A DNA stretch of 64,000 nt from Vulcanimicrobiota bacterium (lineage in GTDB: Bacteria; Vulcanimicrobiota; Vulcanimicrobiia; Eremiobacterales; Eremiobacteraceae): assembly GCA_963812135.1 (NCBI GenBank), contig CAWETU010000001.1, forward strand, positions 640,001 to 704,000, in the 5' to 3' direction. Positions within the stretch are counted from its first letter, which is position 1. The number at the start of each line of letters is the position of its first letter. This document shows positions 39,421 to 49,646 of the stretch, piece by piece. Made by a program: the position numbers and the translations under genes. Under the pieces are notes generated by a model. That model did no database searches, was not told the DNA's origin, and saw only the letters and a list, made by a program, of their open reading frames with translations.

Positions 39421-40327
39421 TCAAAGGGGTGTGGCTTGACACCACATGCGGTCGAAGTCCGCGCGCAAGGAAGCAGCGCCGTCGTCAAAGTCGGATGGCG
39501 CCGCGATGATGCCGATCTCGCGCGCCTCCTCGAGCCCGTTCCGCGAGAGGTTCGCGGAGCCCACATAGATGCGGTCGCCGGCGTCGATGTACTTATCATG
39601 CATATATTTGCCGTGAAATGTCCGAACGGCGACGTCGCAGTCGGCCAACAGACGCAGCAACGCCGAGCGACGTGCGCCCTTGGTGTTGACCAATACCTGG
39701 TCGTGCATGCCGCGTTCATGGCGCAAGAGCAGCGCTTCCACTACGTGCGGGTCCGACAGACCCTCGCATGCGATCCGCTCGTCGACCGGTGCCTCCAGCA
39801 ACTCGGCGATTCGCCGGCGCGACTCTGCGTTCGGTCCAGCGATGACGCGCATCGACTGCGAGGGTTCGCCGCGAATCGATGATCGTATCGCCGCCACGTC
39901 CCCGGGCTTGCGATCTTCAACGAGCGCGTCGCCCGGCTGCCCGAAGCCGGCTGGCGTTCGGATTCGCGGTCGACACGAATGCGCGAGCGCCGTCAACGAC
40001 TGCGGCCTTCGCGTGTTCGAGGGTAACTGGATCGGCCTCAGCGATGAGGTGAATGCGATGATCCAAGAGCCGGTCGTATTGATCGTACGCCGCCCTGACG
40101 TGGGCATCGATCGGCGTGTGGCCATCGGCGTGCTTGTACCGGCCGCGATCTCCCTCGACATGAATGGTGATATCGACGCCGCGTCGCGCCGCGGTGTTGA
40201 GCGCATCGATGACGCCCGCATCGCCTACGCTGTAAAATTCTGCCTCGATCGAGTGATGTGCTGAGGCGAATGCGTCGCACAACGCCGCGCGCGCGTTCGC
40301 GCCGAACTCGACGTGGAGATCCGACAT
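39421..40327 (-). CDS. Phospholipase D superfamily protein, frameshift near 39950
   Basis: HAKAAVVD..AFVSTAN and HDKYID..IYVGSANLS..E.RE.G motifs in two frames. Confidence 0.8.
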
Positions 40328-40414
40328 TGGTGTGACCTGTCACGCACATCGCGAGCGCTGTCTAGCGCGCAGCCAGGAAAGCGCGGAAAGTCGTCCGAAG
40401 CGCACATTCGTTTC

Positions 40415-41161
40415 ATGAGCACTGATAAAGGAAGCGTCGTACGCGAGCTGTTCGACCGTATAGCAGCCCGCTACGATCGCGCCAACACCGTCATGACCGG
40501 CGGAATGGACGTCCTGTGGCGCCGGGCCGCGGTGAACCAGCTGCATGCCGCCGACGACGGCCGCCTGCTCGACCTGTGCTGCGGCACGGGTGCGCTGGCG
40601 CGCGACATGGCGCGGCGCGTGCCCGAAGGCCTGGTCGACGCGATCGACTTCAGTCCCAAGATGCTGGAGATCGCGCGCGCCCACAGCGAGCCGGGCAACG
40701 TCGTCTATCACGAGGGCGACGTCCTCGCATTGCCCTTCGAGGACGGCACGTTTGACGGCGCCGCCATGGGTTACTCGCTGCGCAACATCGTCGACATCCC
40801 AGCGTGCTTGCGCGAGATCGCGCGCGTGCTCAAGCCCGGCGCGTCATTCGTCAACCTCGAGGTGAGTAAACCGCCAAACCCGTTATGGCGGCGTTTGTTC
40901 TATCTCTACTTCTATAATGTGCTGCCGGTGCTCGGGCGCATGGCGGGCGGGGACGCCGCGGCGTACCGCTACCTGCCGCAGTCGCTCGTCAACTTCCCCG
41001 ACGCGGATGGCCTCGCGGCCCTGTTCCAAGCCAACGGCTTCGCGTACGTGCGCTACGTGCGCATCTGGGGCGGCGTGTCGGCGCTGCACATCGGCACGAA
41101 AGAACGCGTCCCTTCGGCCAACCGGACCGATCTGCCGATGACCGCGGATCTGCTCGCATGA
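40415..41161 (+). CDS. menG: Demethylmenaquinone methyltransferase (UbiE/MenG)
   Basis: FDRIA.RYD..N, LDLCCGTG, LRN, RVLKPG, AYRYLPQS. Confidence 0.92.
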   Translation: MSTDKGSVVRELFDRIAARYDRANTVMTGGMDVLWRRAAVNQLHAADDGRLLDLCCGTGALARDMARRVPEGLVDAIDFSPKMLEIARAHSEPGNVVYHEGDVLALPFEDGTFDGAAMGYSLRNIVDIPACLREIARVLKPGASFVNLEVSKPPNPLWRRLFYLYFYNVLPVLGRMAGGDAAAYRYLPQSLVNFPDADGLAALFQANGFAYVRYVRIWGGVSALHIGTKERVPSANRTDLPMTADLLA

Positions 41162-42162
41162 TCGAAGAATCGTCGCCCATCCACGCCGTCGTCGAGCAAT
41201 TCGTGCGCGAAGAGCTCTCGCACGAGAACGCGCACATCGCCGGCGCGGTGTGGAGCATGCTCGACGCCGGCGGCAAACGGCTGCGGCCTCGCATCACCAT
41301 GCTCGCCGGGCGGGCGGTCAACGCCGCCGCCCCCGACGATCCGGTGCTCGCGTCGTACATGGAGCTCATCCACGTGGCGACGCTCATCCACGACGACGTG
41401 CTCGACGAAGCCGACACGCGCCGCGGGCGCGAGTCGACCAACCACGCCTATGGCAATCGATTCTCAGTGCTCGCGGGCGACTATCTCTTCTCGTGGGTAT
41501 TCAAAAAGATCACGCTCGGATACGCGCCGCCTGTGCCGACGATCCTCGCGGCGATGCTCGCCGAGATCTGCAACGGCGAAGTCAAACAATTGCGGGCCGC
41601 GGGCGACCTTGCGATGACCGCCGATCGTTATCTCGAGATCATCGGAAAGAAGACCGCCGAACTGTTCGGATCGTGCGCTGAGGTCGGCGCCATCAACGCC
41701 TTGCTGCACGCCGGACGCGCGCCTGGCCCGGCGCTGCGCGACGACCACGAGGTTCGAGCGCTGCGCGAGTTCGGTCGGCTTTTCGGCCTGGCGTTCCAGA
41801 TCCGCGACGACTTGTACGACGCGATCGCGGACGAAGCCCAACTCGGTAAGCCCGCCGGCAGCGACCTGCGCGAGAAGAAGATGACGCTGCCGCTCATCTA
41901 TGCGCTTGCGCTGGGCGGCGCAGCCGAACGCCAGCGCGTGGAAGCGCTCTTCGCCTACGACGACGCATCCTCGGCGCAGGCGCGCCCGGCCCTCGACCGA
42001 GTCGTCGCAATGCTGCGCGAGGGTCCGGTGGTCGAACGCACGACGCAGGCCATGCGGCGTTACGCGGAGGACGCCGCGGCGGCGCTCGAACCGCTGCCGC
42101 CATCGGCCGCGCGCGACGAATTGGCAAGCCTGACGCATAGTCTCAGCGCTTTTTCACCGTAG
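41158..42162 (+). CDS. Long-chain polyprenyl diphosphate synthase
   Basis: GGKRLRP, LIHDDVLD, RRG, KTA, FQIRDD, GKP.GSDL. Confidence 0.92.
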   Translation: MIEESSPIHAVVEQFVREELSHENAHIAGAVWSMLDAGGKRLRPRITMLAGRAVNAAAPDDPVLASYMELIHVATLIHDDVLDEADTRRGRESTNHAYGNRFSVLAGDYLFSWVFKKITLGYAPPVPTILAAMLAEICNGEVKQLRAAGDLAMTADRYLEIIGKKTAELFGSCAEVGAINALLHAGRAPGPALRDDHEVRALREFGRLFGLAFQIRDDLYDAIADEAQLGKPAGSDLREKKMTLPLIYALALGGAAERQRVEALFAYDDASSAQARPALDRVVAMLREGPVVERTTQAMRRYAEDAAAALEPLPPSAARDELASLTHSLSAFSP

Positions 42163-42224
42163 GCGCGGGGGACGCTTTCGCGCGTCCGCGAACCATAGAC
42201 GACAACCGAAAGGAGCCCACCCTC

Positions 42225-42467
42225 ATGTCCCCGGTTTTCGCCATCATCGACGCGCCCATCATCGCGGTCATCATCGGCGCCGCCATCATCCTCTTCGGCG
42301 CGGAGCGGCTCCCCAAACTCGCTCGTTCCATGGGTCAAGCCAAGAAAGAATTCGACGCCGCCGTCTCCGCCAAAAACCCGCCGCCCGAGCCGACCACGCC
42401 GCCGGCCGCACCGCCGAGCGCGCCGCTTCCGCCGTCTGATCCGTCTGCCGCTCCGCCCACGCAATAA
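42225..42467 (+). CDS. tatA: Twin-arginine translocase TatA
   Basis: TM then LFGAERLPKLARSMG..KKEF. Confidence 0.9.
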   Translation: MSPVFAIIDAPIIAVIIGAAIILFGAERLPKLARSMGQAKKEFDAAVSAKNPPPEPTTPPAAPPSAPLPPSDPSAAPPTQ

Positions 42468-42484
42468 TGGAATAAAGTCGACGA

Positions 42485-42506
42485 TCGAATAAATTCGACC
42501 GCTACA
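42485..42506 (-). repeat. GTAG-type REP-like palindrome, copy 1
   Basis: Minus strand TGTAGCGGTCGAATTTATTCGA between tatA and tatC. Confidence 0.7.
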
Positions 42507-42519
42507 TCAATAAGGATAC

Positions 42520-43305
42520 ATGCCGACGGAGACGGTTGAAGAGACGCCGGTGACGCCGCCCGCGCGGCGCAGTGAAGACGCAGAGATGACGTTCACGGAG
42601 CACCTCGCGGAGCTCCGTACGCGTTTGATCATCTCGCTCGCGACCGTCGCGATCGTCTCGCTCGTCGCGTTCCCGCTCATGCCGAAGCTGCTGTTGCTGC
42701 TCGAGCGCTTCTTCATCCCCGGCATCACGCTGCACGTGTTCTCGCCCGCCGAGATCATCCGCGTCTACATCAAGCTCTCGATCCTGGTCGGTCTGGTCGT
42801 CGGCTTTCCGATCGTGCTCTACGAGGTGTACGCGTTCGTCGCCCCCGCCCTGGACAAGCGCCTGCGTTCCCGCGTCATCTGGTACGCGGTGCCGTCGCTG
42901 CTCATGTCGGCGGCCGGCATCGCGTTCTGCGGATTGGTCGTGCTGCCGCTCGTGCTGCGCGCGCTCCTCCTCATGACGCAGAGCTCTGGACTCGTGGGCA
43001 CGTACCAGCTCGATCCGACCATCGGCTTCATCATCATCCTGCTCGGCATCTTCGCGGTGATGTTCCAGCTGCCGATCGTCCTCTCGCTGCTCGCGAGCGT
43101 GGGCATCGTGAACTCGAAGCTGCTGTCGGATAAGTGGCGCCACGCTATGATCGTCATCCTCATCTTGGCAGGCATCGGCGCGCCGGACGGCAACCCGCTT
43201 ACCATGATGCTGCTCGCCGCACCGCTCGCCGGACTGTACGCCGTGAGCATTCTCGTGGTGCGTCTCACCGAACCGAAGCCGATGGTTGAGAGCAGTCCAG
43301 CATGA
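42520..43305 (+). CDS. tatC: Twin-arginine translocase TatC
   Basis: EHLAELRTRL, FVAPAL, FQLP, WRHA. Confidence 0.93.
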   Translation: MPTETVEETPVTPPARRSEDAEMTFTEHLAELRTRLIISLATVAIVSLVAFPLMPKLLLLLERFFIPGITLHVFSPAEIIRVYIKLSILVGLVVGFPIVLYEVYAFVAPALDKRLRSRVIWYAVPSLLMSAAGIAFCGLVVLPLVLRALLLMTQSSGLVGTYQLDPTIGFIIILLGIFAVMFQLPIVLSLLASVGIVNSKLLSDKWRHAMIVILILAGIGAPDGNPLTMMLLAAPLAGLYAVSILVVRLTEPKPMVESSPA

Positions 43306-44693
43306 GGCAAGAACGCGGCCTTTACGATCAGACGCTCGACGTGCTCTCCAACGTGATGTTCCCGGTCGTGGTCTTCTGCATCTGGGCCGTGCTGACGATC
43401 GTCGGCACGAGCGTCGATCAGAACCAGCCGCCCGATCGCTACTACATGGAGTATCCCACGCCCATGGCCAACGCGATCCTGCGGCTGCACCTCACCAACG
43501 TCTTCCATTCCTGGCCGTACATCTCGCTCGTGCTGCTGCTGCTCGTCTCGATGTCGGTGTGCACCTTCCGGCGCGTGATCCCAAAGCGTTTTCCCAAAGA
43601 CCGCGCGGTGCCGATCGAGAATTTCGGACTGCACGCCACGCGAGAATCGACGCTCGATTTCGACGCCACCTCGCACGCGGTCGACGACTACGTTCGGCAA
43701 CGCGGCTTTGCGGTGCGCCCGCAGACCATCGCCGGCGACCATTGGGTGTTCGCCGACAAGCAGAAGTGGGCGCGCTACGGCGTGCTCGTGGCGCACGTCG
43801 GTTTCGCGGTCATCGCCGCGGGCGTGTTCATCGGATGGTTGTCCGGTTACAAGGGCGAGCTGCAGATCTACTCCGGGCAGAGCGCGGTCGTGCCGCGCGC
43901 CGACATGCAAGTGACGTTGACGCGCTTCATCGGGCGTTTCGAACCGGTCCACACCCCGAACGGCGTTTTCTATCAGGCCTCGCGCTTCCAATCTGACGTG
44001 CAGGTCGCCGGTCGCGACGGCCAGTCGGACGCGAACATCCTGGTCAACCACCCGTTCGTGACGTCGAACGGCGTCTATCTCTATCAGGCGTCGTACGGTT
44101 TCGGCGGCAACTTCGAGATACGGCGCAACGGACGACCCGTCGACCTTCCCAACGCGAACGGCCGGCTCGGTCCGCAAGACGTCATCTTGTTGCCCGGCAC
44201 GAGCCGCGCGGTCGAATACGGCACGATGCTCGGTCCGTCCGATCCCTCGCAAGCGCCCCTCGGCGTGCCGCTGCCTCGCGTGGACACGTACGCGTTGTGG
44301 GCGTTTCACGATCAGATCCCGACGACGCAAAAACCCATCTTGCTGCCGGTCGGCGCGAGCTTCGACGCCGGCGACGGCTACACGATCAAAGCGCTGCCGC
44401 CGATCGCTTGGTCGGGCCTCACGTATCGGTACGACCCGGGCGAAACGTGGGTCGGGGCCGGCGCGCTGATCCTGACGGCCGGATTCGTGATGGCGTTGTT
44501 CTTCATGCCCATCAAGCTCTACGCGCGCGTCCGGCACGGCGCCACGGGGCCTGTGGTCGACGTCGCAGCGACCACGACCAAGGGCAACGCGATGTATGAG
44601 GATGACTTCACGACGCTGGTGAACGGCTTGTCGGACCGCCTCGCGCGGCCGCGCAGCGGGCCGGTGACGGAAACGGTGAACGCGTATGCCTAA
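43302..44693 (+). CDS. resB: Cytochrome c biogenesis protein ResB/Ccs1
   Basis: VGT...Q, VFHSW, CT.RR, VAH, VNHP, YQAS, YDPG. Confidence 0.88.
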   Translation: MRQERGLYDQTLDVLSNVMFPVVVFCIWAVLTIVGTSVDQNQPPDRYYMEYPTPMANAILRLHLTNVFHSWPYISLVLLLLVSMSVCTFRRVIPKRFPKDRAVPIENFGLHATRESTLDFDATSHAVDDYVRQRGFAVRPQTIAGDHWVFADKQKWARYGVLVAHVGFAVIAAGVFIGWLSGYKGELQIYSGQSAVVPRADMQVTLTRFIGRFEPVHTPNGVFYQASRFQSDVQVAGRDGQSDANILVNHPFVTSNGVYLYQASYGFGGNFEIRRNGRPVDLPNANGRLGPQDVILLPGTSRAVEYGTMLGPSDPSQAPLGVPLPRVDTYALWAFHDQIPTTQKPILLPVGASFDAGDGYTIKALPPIAWSGLTYRYDPGETWVGAGALILTAGFVMALFFMPIKLYARVRHGATGPVVDVAATTTKGNAMYEDDFTTLVNGLSDRLARPRSGPVTETVNAYA

Positions 44694-45642
44694 TCCATAT
44701 TCGCAGTACAACACGAATGCAGCCGGCTTGATGGACGCGCACGTCGCTGCGTACATGTCATGGTATGAAGCCGCCGTCGTGCTCTATTTCCTCGCGATCA
44801 TCGTCTTCGCCGCATATTGGTTCTTCAAGAACTGGTCCACGCTGGGCGCAGGCATCGTGTTCGCATCGCTCGGCATCATCGCCCAAACCATCAGCTTGGG
44901 GCTGCGCTGGTACTACAGCGGCCACGTGCCGTGGAACGACTTATACGGTTCGCTCTCCGTCGTGGCGCTGTTCACCGCGGTACTGTTTTTGATCTTTGGC
45001 GCGCGCTATCGCATCTGGTTCGCGGCGCCGTTGGCATTCCTCATCTCCGATGCGATGCTCGCATACGGCAAAGGATGGAACAAAGGGCTCGAGCCGCTCG
45101 TGCCGTCGCTGCAGAGCAGTTGGATCTACATCCACGTGCCGGTCGTGCTCGCGTCGTATGCAGCGTTCCTCATCGGTTGCGTGTTGAGCATCATGTATCT
45201 CTTCAAGAAGGCGGATGAGGACCGGCTCTTGCGGGCCGCAGGCCAATCGGTCGGCGCGGCCGTATCCTCGCAAGCCGCCGATCTTGGCATCGTCCGTCCC
45301 TGGTGGATGGGCTGGCTCGACGTCGTGCCTCCTTCCAGCAAGATCGACGTGGCGGCGTATCGCGTGAACTCGATCGGCGAGATCTTGCTCACGGCGGGCA
45401 TCATCTTAGGCGCGCTGTGGGCGCACGTCTCGTGGGGCAGCTACTGGCAATGGGATCCTAAAGAGACGGCCGCGCTGACGAACTGGATCGTGTACGCCGC
45501 GTACGTCCACTTGCACACCAGGCCGTCGATGCGTGGGAAGGTCACCGCATGGTTGTCGATCATCGGGTTCGCATCAGTGCTTTTCAGCTACTTCATCGTC
45601 AACATCGTCATCAGCAACGGCAGCCTTCACACGTACAAATAA
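44686..45642 (+). CDS. ccsA: Cytochrome c biogenesis protein CcsA/ResC
   Basis: GHVP, PSLQS.W..IHV, GALWA..SWGSYWQWDPKE. Confidence 0.93.
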   Translation: MPNPYSQYNTNAAGLMDAHVAAYMSWYEAAVVLYFLAIIVFAAYWFFKNWSTLGAGIVFASLGIIAQTISLGLRWYYSGHVPWNDLYGSLSVVALFTAVLFLIFGARYRIWFAAPLAFLISDAMLAYGKGWNKGLEPLVPSLQSSWIYIHVPVVLASYAAFLIGCVLSIMYLFKKADEDRLLRAAGQSVGAAVSSQAADLGIVRPWWMGWLDVVPPSSKIDVAAYRVNSIGEILLTAGIILGALWAHVSWGSYWQWDPKETAALTNWIVYAAYVHLHTRPSMRGKVTAWLSIIGFASVLFSYFIVNIVISNGSLHTYK

Positions 45643-45646
45643 GCGC

Positions 45647-45883
45647 ATGACGCCGAGAAGAGCACTTGCGATCATCGCACAAGCGACCGGCGCCCTCGCG
45701 CTCGGGGCGACCGCAATCGGCGCGCTGGCGATCGGCGCGTTGGCGATCGGTCGGCTCGCGGTGAGTCGCGCCCGCGTCGAGGAAGCGGAATTCACGACCG
45801 TGACGATCGACGAGCTGGTCGTCCGGCGGCTGCGCGTCGAGGATATCTCCGTGAGCGGATCGGTCACGCTGCCCGACCGCTAA
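45647..45883 (+). CDS. Small hypothetical protein with GALAIG repeats
   Basis: GALALGATAIGALAIGALAIGRL then IDELVVRRLRV. Confidence 0.6.
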   Translation: MTPRRALAIIAQATGALALGATAIGALAIGALAIGRLAVSRARVEEAEFTTVTIDELVVRRLRVEDISVSGSVTLPDR

Positions 45884-45886
45884 CGC

Positions 45887-47581
45887 CTACTTGTTTGTGA
45901 TGAGCCACATGTCGGGGCGGCGCACGAGGATGCGTGCGTGGATGCCCCGACGCGTCAGATCGCCGTACTCGTAGGGGACGATCAACGCGTAGACGCGCGC
46001 ATCGCCTTTGAGCAGCTCGTCGGCGTTCGCCTTATCGGTTTCAGTGCGCAGGAAATAGATCGGACCAGCGTCGGTGTAGAACAGCAGCGAGAACCCGCCG
46101 TGCACGCCGGTGATCGCGATCTTGTCGCCGGGCCGCCACAACCCTTGGATGTACGCAGCCATGCCTTTCATCGGCTTGCGCGCTTCCAACCCCGGGAGAA
46201 TGCCGAGCACCAGCACCGCGACCACGCCCGCCATCATCAACGTCAGGCCGAGCGGCGCGATCCACGCGCGCCGCAGCGCGATCGTCAATGCCACCGTCGC
46301 GATCGCGGACGGCACCACCACCCAGCCCAGCAAGCGCAGCGGCCCGAGCAGTTGCGCGATCTCACCGAGGCGTTGCGTCTGCACGTAGATTATGATGGCG
46401 ACCGCCAGCAGCACGAGAGCCAGGGGCAGCATGATCAGCGCGCCGCGCAGCTGGCGCAAATCGTTGCGCTCGATCGCGCGCCCCACGAGCCCGCCCACGA
46501 GGATTGCGAGCGCGGGAAAGATGATCGCGATGTAGTTCGGCAGTTTGGTCTGCGCGAGCGAGAAGAACGCGAACGGCGCGGCGGCCGCGCACAGCAAGAA
46601 CACATCGTCGATGCGGCGCGACAACCACGCCTCTTTGATGGCCTTGGGCAAGAACGCGACATATGGGAAGAACCCTAACAACAGCAGCGGGATGTAGTAG
46701 TAGATCGGACCGGGCTGGTTTTCGAACGGCGTCATGTAGCGGCCGAAGGTGGAGCGCGCCACGTATTCATCGATGAACGGCGCGCCATGCAGGACGACCT
46801 GAAGCGCGAACCACCAGCCGGCGACGATGACGAACACGCCGACGCCGCCGAGCCATGGCAACCGCGCGATGTAGCGATCGAATGTATTCGACCGGCCCGG
46901 CTGATCTGATTGGCCAGACGCGCTCGCGCGGTTGCGCCACCATTCGACGCCATACCACACCGCGAGCGACAGCACGGGAAGGACGACCGCGACCGGTCCC
47001 TTCGTCAACGTGCCGAGCGCCGCCGCGACGGTCGCGATCCAAAACGCGCGCCGGTCGCCGTCGCGCAGCGCGAAGTATCCCCACAAGGTCGCGACCGTCA
47101 TGAAGAAGATCAGCATCGTGTCGAGGATCGCGAGCCGCGCCAGCACGATGTATTCGAGGCTCGTGCCGAGCGCCAGTCCGCTCACGATACCGGCGGTCTC
47201 GCCGTACAGGCGCCGGCCTGCGAGGTAGGTCGCGATGGCGCCCAACACGCCGAACAGCGCGCTCGGCAGACGGACCGCGAACTCGTTAAGCCCGAACACG
47301 GTCGCGGCTGCGCCGGCGGTCCAGAACCAGAGCGGGGGGTGTATGTACCATGGCGCGTAGTCGTAGTGCAGCGACATCCAGTCATGCAGGCGGAACATCT
47401 CTTTGACGACCTCGCCGTAGGTGGGCTCGCTGTTATCCCACAGGCTGCCGTTGCCAAGGCCGATGAGATAAAGCGCTGCCACGAGCGCCAACGCGCCGGC
47501 TCGAACGGCTATGACGGCCGATCCCGCGCCGCGCGGTTGCGAAGTCATCATCTGTCGCCGGAGTGTGCGGCGCGCGCTCAT
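45887..47581 (-). CDS. ArnT/PMT-like (GT-C) glycosyltransferase
   Basis: LWDNSEPTY, HPPL, E.AVRLPSA, ILD, LTKGPV, TKLPNY; AAGGAG RBS. Confidence 0.88.
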   Translation of the reverse strand: MSARRTLRRQMMTSQPRGAGSAVIAVRAGALALVAALYLIGLGNGSLWDNSEPTYGEVVKEMFRLHDWMSLHYDYAPWYIHPPLWFWTAGAAATVFGLNEFAVRLPSALFGVLGAIATYLAGRRLYGETAGIVSGLALGTSLEYIVLARLAILDTMLIFFMTVATLWGYFALRDGDRRAFWIATVAAALGTLTKGPVAVVLPVLSLAVWYGVEWWRNRASASGQSDQPGRSNTFDRYIARLPWLGGVGVFVIVAGWWFALQVVLHGAPFIDEYVARSTFGRYMTPFENQPGPIYYYIPLLLLGFFPYVAFLPKAIKEAWLSRRIDDVFLLCAAAAPFAFFSLAQTKLPNYIAIIFPALAILVGGLVGRAIERNDLRQLRGALIMLPLALVLLAVAIIIYVQTQRLGEIAQLLGPLRLLGWVVVPSAIATVALTIALRRAWIAPLGLTLMMAGVVAVLVLGILPGLEARKPMKGMAAYIQGLWRPGDKIAITGVHGGFSLLFYTDAGPIYFLRTETDKANADELLKGDARVYALIVPYEYGDLTRRGIHARILVRRPDMWLITNK

Positions 47582-47653
47582 CCTTTCTCCTTTCGAGAGT
47601 GTGCCGACAATCCAAAGGAGGCCTATTTTGACGCCTTGAAAGCGCAGCAGCTC

Positions 47654-48604
47654 ATGCCTACTGTCACAACGGTGCGCGTCGCCACACGTCCAAGCACGCT
47701 CGCCCGCAAACAGGCGCAGATCGTGATGGACATGCTGGATCGGCAAACCGACGGTGGGCTCAACTTTGAGGTCGTGCCGGTCACTACGCGCGGCGACGAC
47801 GATCAAGAACAATCGATTGCCGCCATTGGCGACGGCGTGTTCGTCAAAGAGCTGCAATCCGCGTTGCTCGCAGGGCGGGCCGATATCGCCGTCCATTCGA
47901 TGAAGGATCTGCCGACCGAGCTGCCCGCCGGGGTGCGCGCGGGCGTCGTGCCGATGCGCGAAGACGCGCGCGACGTGCTGTTGTCGCGCGATGGCCAGCA
48001 CAAGTCGATCTTCAGCCTGCCGAACAAAGCCATCGTGGGCACAAGCTCGCTGCGGCGCACCGCCCAAGTGCATATGATCAAACCGCTCGTCGAAGTGAAA
48101 GATCTGCGCGGCAACATCGACACGCGCATGAAAAAACTGCTCGCCGGCGAGTACGATGCGATCGTCTTGGCGCTGGCGGGCGTGCAGCGTATCGGATTGC
48201 CGGACGGCGTCGGCGCCGCACCCATTCCGATCGACGAGATGGTGCCGGCCGTCGGCCAAGGCGCGTTGTTCGTCCAGTATCGCGAGCAGGACAGCGCGAT
48301 GCAAGAGCTTGTCACACCGCTGAACGAACCGCTCAGCGCGTTGGCCGTCGCGATCGAGCGCGCCTTCCTGCAGCGCATCGGCGGCGGATGCGCGGCGCCC
48401 GTCGGCGCGAACGCCATCGTGATGGGGGACCGCTGGCTGTTCCACGCGTTCGTCGGCAGCGTCGACGGCAAACACGCCATGCGCCGCGATGCCGAGGGAA
48501 TCGCACGCGATGAAGCCGATGCGACCGGCGCCGTCGAAGACATCGCCGACGAGATGCTCGAATCAGGCGGACGCTGGGTCATCTCGCAGTACAAGAAGGA
48601 GTGA
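47654..48604 (+). CDS. hemC: Hydroxymethylbilane synthase
   Basis: ATRPS.LA..Q, AVHSMKD, GTSSLRR, RGNIDTR, GGGC..P; an in-frame TTG at 47636 is an alternative start. Confidence 0.95.
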   Translation: MPTVTTVRVATRPSTLARKQAQIVMDMLDRQTDGGLNFEVVPVTTRGDDDQEQSIAAIGDGVFVKELQSALLAGRADIAVHSMKDLPTELPAGVRAGVVPMREDARDVLLSRDGQHKSIFSLPNKAIVGTSSLRRTAQVHMIKPLVEVKDLRGNIDTRMKKLLAGEYDAIVLALAGVQRIGLPDGVGAAPIPIDEMVPAVGQGALFVQYREQDSAMQELVTPLNEPLSALAVAIERAFLQRIGGGCAAPVGANAIVMGDRWLFHAFVGSVDGKHAMRRDAEGIARDEADATGAVEDIADEMLESGGRWVISQYKKE

Positions 48605-49644
48605 GGTCCACGATGCGCCGCATTGCGCCGTCTGAAGGTATCAAGCCGGTCGTTCCGTTGCCGGTCGAACGGCCGCGCCGGCTGCGGCGCAGCGCGACCC
48701 TGCGAGGCCTGGTCGCCGAACACGCGCTGCGCGTCGAAGATCTCATCGAGCCGATGTTCGCGGTGCCGGGCACGGGCGTGCGCAACGAGATCGCATCCAT
48801 GCCCGGCGTCCATCACCAATCGGTCGATCGACTCGTCGAAGACGCCAAAGCCGCGCACGCGCTCGGGATCCCGGCGGTGCTGCTGTTCGGCATTCCCGAA
48901 CATAAAGATGACGCGGCGTCGGCGCTGCCGGATCCGAATGGACCGGTACAGCGCGCGATCGCTGCGCTCAAGCGAGCCGTGCCCGACTTGCTCGTGATCG
49001 CTGATCTCTGCGCGTGCGAATACACCGATCACGGGCACTGCGGACTGCTCGATAGCGCGGGCGACGTCGACAACGATCGCACGCTGGCGTTGCTGGCGGA
49101 CGGAGCGATCTCATATGCGCGCGCTGGCGTCGACATCATCGCGCCATCGGATATGATGGACGGGCGCGTGCGCGCCATTCGCCATGCCCTCGACACGCAC
49201 GGCTTTAGCGCGACCGCGATCCTGTCGTACGCCGTCAAGTATGCGTCGGCGTTCTATGGGCCGTTCAGAGAGGCGGCGTGTTCGACGCCCTCGTTCGGAG
49301 ACCGGCGCACGCATCAGATGGATCCGCCGAACGCGCGCGAAGCGGTGAAGGAAGCGCTGCTCGATGTCGCCGAGGGCGCGGACGCGGTCATGGTCAAGCC
49401 TGCGCTCGCCTATCTCGATGTCGTACTGCGCGTGCGCCAGGCGGTCAACGTGCCGGTCGCGGCGTACAACACGAGCGGCGAATACTCGATGATCAAGCTC
49501 GCGGCGGCGAAGGGCTGGCTCGACGAGCCGCGCGCGGTCGACGAAGTGTTGGTCTCGTGCAAGCGCGCAGGGGCCGATTTCATCGTCACGTATTTCGCGC
49601 GTGACGCCGCGACGCGCTTGGCGGGCCGGCGCGGCCGGTCATAG
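48601..49644 (+). CDS. hemB: Porphobilinogen synthase (Zn-type)
   Basis: RPRRLR, DLCACEYTDHGHCG, PSDMMDGR, FYGPFR, MVKP. Confidence 0.96.
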   Translation: MRSTMRRIAPSEGIKPVVPLPVERPRRLRRSATLRGLVAEHALRVEDLIEPMFAVPGTGVRNEIASMPGVHHQSVDRLVEDAKAAHALGIPAVLLFGIPEHKDDAASALPDPNGPVQRAIAALKRAVPDLLVIADLCACEYTDHGHCGLLDSAGDVDNDRTLALLADGAISYARAGVDIIAPSDMMDGRVRAIRHALDTHGFSATAILSYAVKYASAFYGPFREAACSTPSFGDRRTHQMDPPNAREAVKEALLDVAEGADAVMVKPALAYLDVVLRVRQAVNVPVAAYNTSGEYSMIKLAAAKGWLDEPRAVDEVLVSCKRAGADFIVTYFARDAATRLAGRRGRS

Positions 49645-49646
49645 AT

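Noticed and set aside
42819..44756. Long antisense ORFs (e.g. 645 aa here; also 52942-54657, 62366-63901, 1179-2633)
   Set aside because: Shadow ORFs of high-GC genes on the opposite strand, without recognisable motifs
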